A DNA stretch of 64,000 nucleotides from Octopus sinensis. Lineage: Eukaryota. The stretch lies in assembly GCF_006345805.1 (NCBI RefSeq), contig NC_043001.1, positions 32,364,001-32,428,000 of the forward strand, written 5' to 3'. The notes beneath the pieces are model-generated. The model saw only the letters and a program-made list of their open reading frames with translations. It ran no database searches and was not told where the DNA came from. Both the position numbers and the translations under genes were made by a program. Of this stretch, positions 63,536-64,000 are shown in pieces; positions within the stretch are counted from its first letter, which is position 1, and each line of letters opens with the position of its first letter.

Positions 63536-64000
63536 AAGTTTCTAGTTTGATAATAGAGTTTATTATAAGTAAAATTATTATATTATATATATCTTTAAAA
63601 TATTGTTTAAATATTTCTGATTATTTAAAAAATATTTCAATTAATTTGAAGATTGACTGTAACTATAACTCGAATTATTTATTGAATTTAAATTATTGTT
63701 ATTCGAATTGGTACAGCCATGAAACGATCGTAGTGTTTTACTCTTTATCTTTTATTAAACTTTTAATACTTTTGATATTTATAAAAAAAAAATTAAAAAA
63801 ATAAAAACTAAATAAATAAATAAATTAATTAATAAATAAAATAATATATAAATTTAAAAATATACATACATACATATATATATTTGTATTTATATATTTA
63901 AAATTTATAAGTTTAAATTATTTAAATAATATTTTAATTTTAACTTTTATATTTTTAAATTAATTTTATGTATTGGCTTATGTTTTTCACTCTTTGATTT
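63536..64000 (+). repeat. AT-rich direct repeat copy 2 with degenerate hammerhead (63646-63736), runs off window
   Basis: TTGAAGA core variant, long stem II TGACTGTAAC.../...GGTACAGCCA, and GAA-ACGATCGT-A (perfect palindrome). Confidence 0.7.

Noticed and set aside
60791-64000. Nuclear mitochondrial insertion
   Set aside because: The AT richness and skew are suggestive, but no mitochondrial gene, tRNA or rRNA motif was recognised and hammerhead remnants explain the repeat better. A BLASTN against mtDNA would settle it.

Overview
This window is a repeat-saturated, apparently non-coding stretch of a eukaryotic genome. It is probably an octopod cephalopod, inferred from the microsatellite density and the tRNA-headed SINE families; this is not verifiable here. 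One 100-N scaffold gap lies at 21916-22015. No host protein-coding gene can be supported: almost all listed ORFs are stop-free translations of di-, tri- and tetranucleotide repeats. Real coding remnants are all transposon fossils: Tc1, two mariner-type, one pogo/Tigger, one CR1/L2-type LINE and one RTE LINE. The rest is four tRNA-derived SINE families (labelled A-D here, with modular exchanges), several MITE families and several fold-back palindromes. The most striking signal is a set of seven type-I hammerhead ribozyme motifs from several unrelated repeat families. Each has a palindromic stem III (ACATATGT, ATCCGGAT, ATAT, ACGT twice, ACAATCGT, ACGATCGT), the design known from Penelope-like element and retrozyme ribozymes. 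The motif at 7501-7601 is canonical and well folded, and five motifs cluster at 59.5-63.7 kb. The second highlight is a GG-ended MITE family with 8-bp target duplications and internal CCCTAA repeats. One copy (36682-37359) has captured the flank of another copy 24 kb away. All alignments and folds were done by eye, so coordinates may be off by a few bases.
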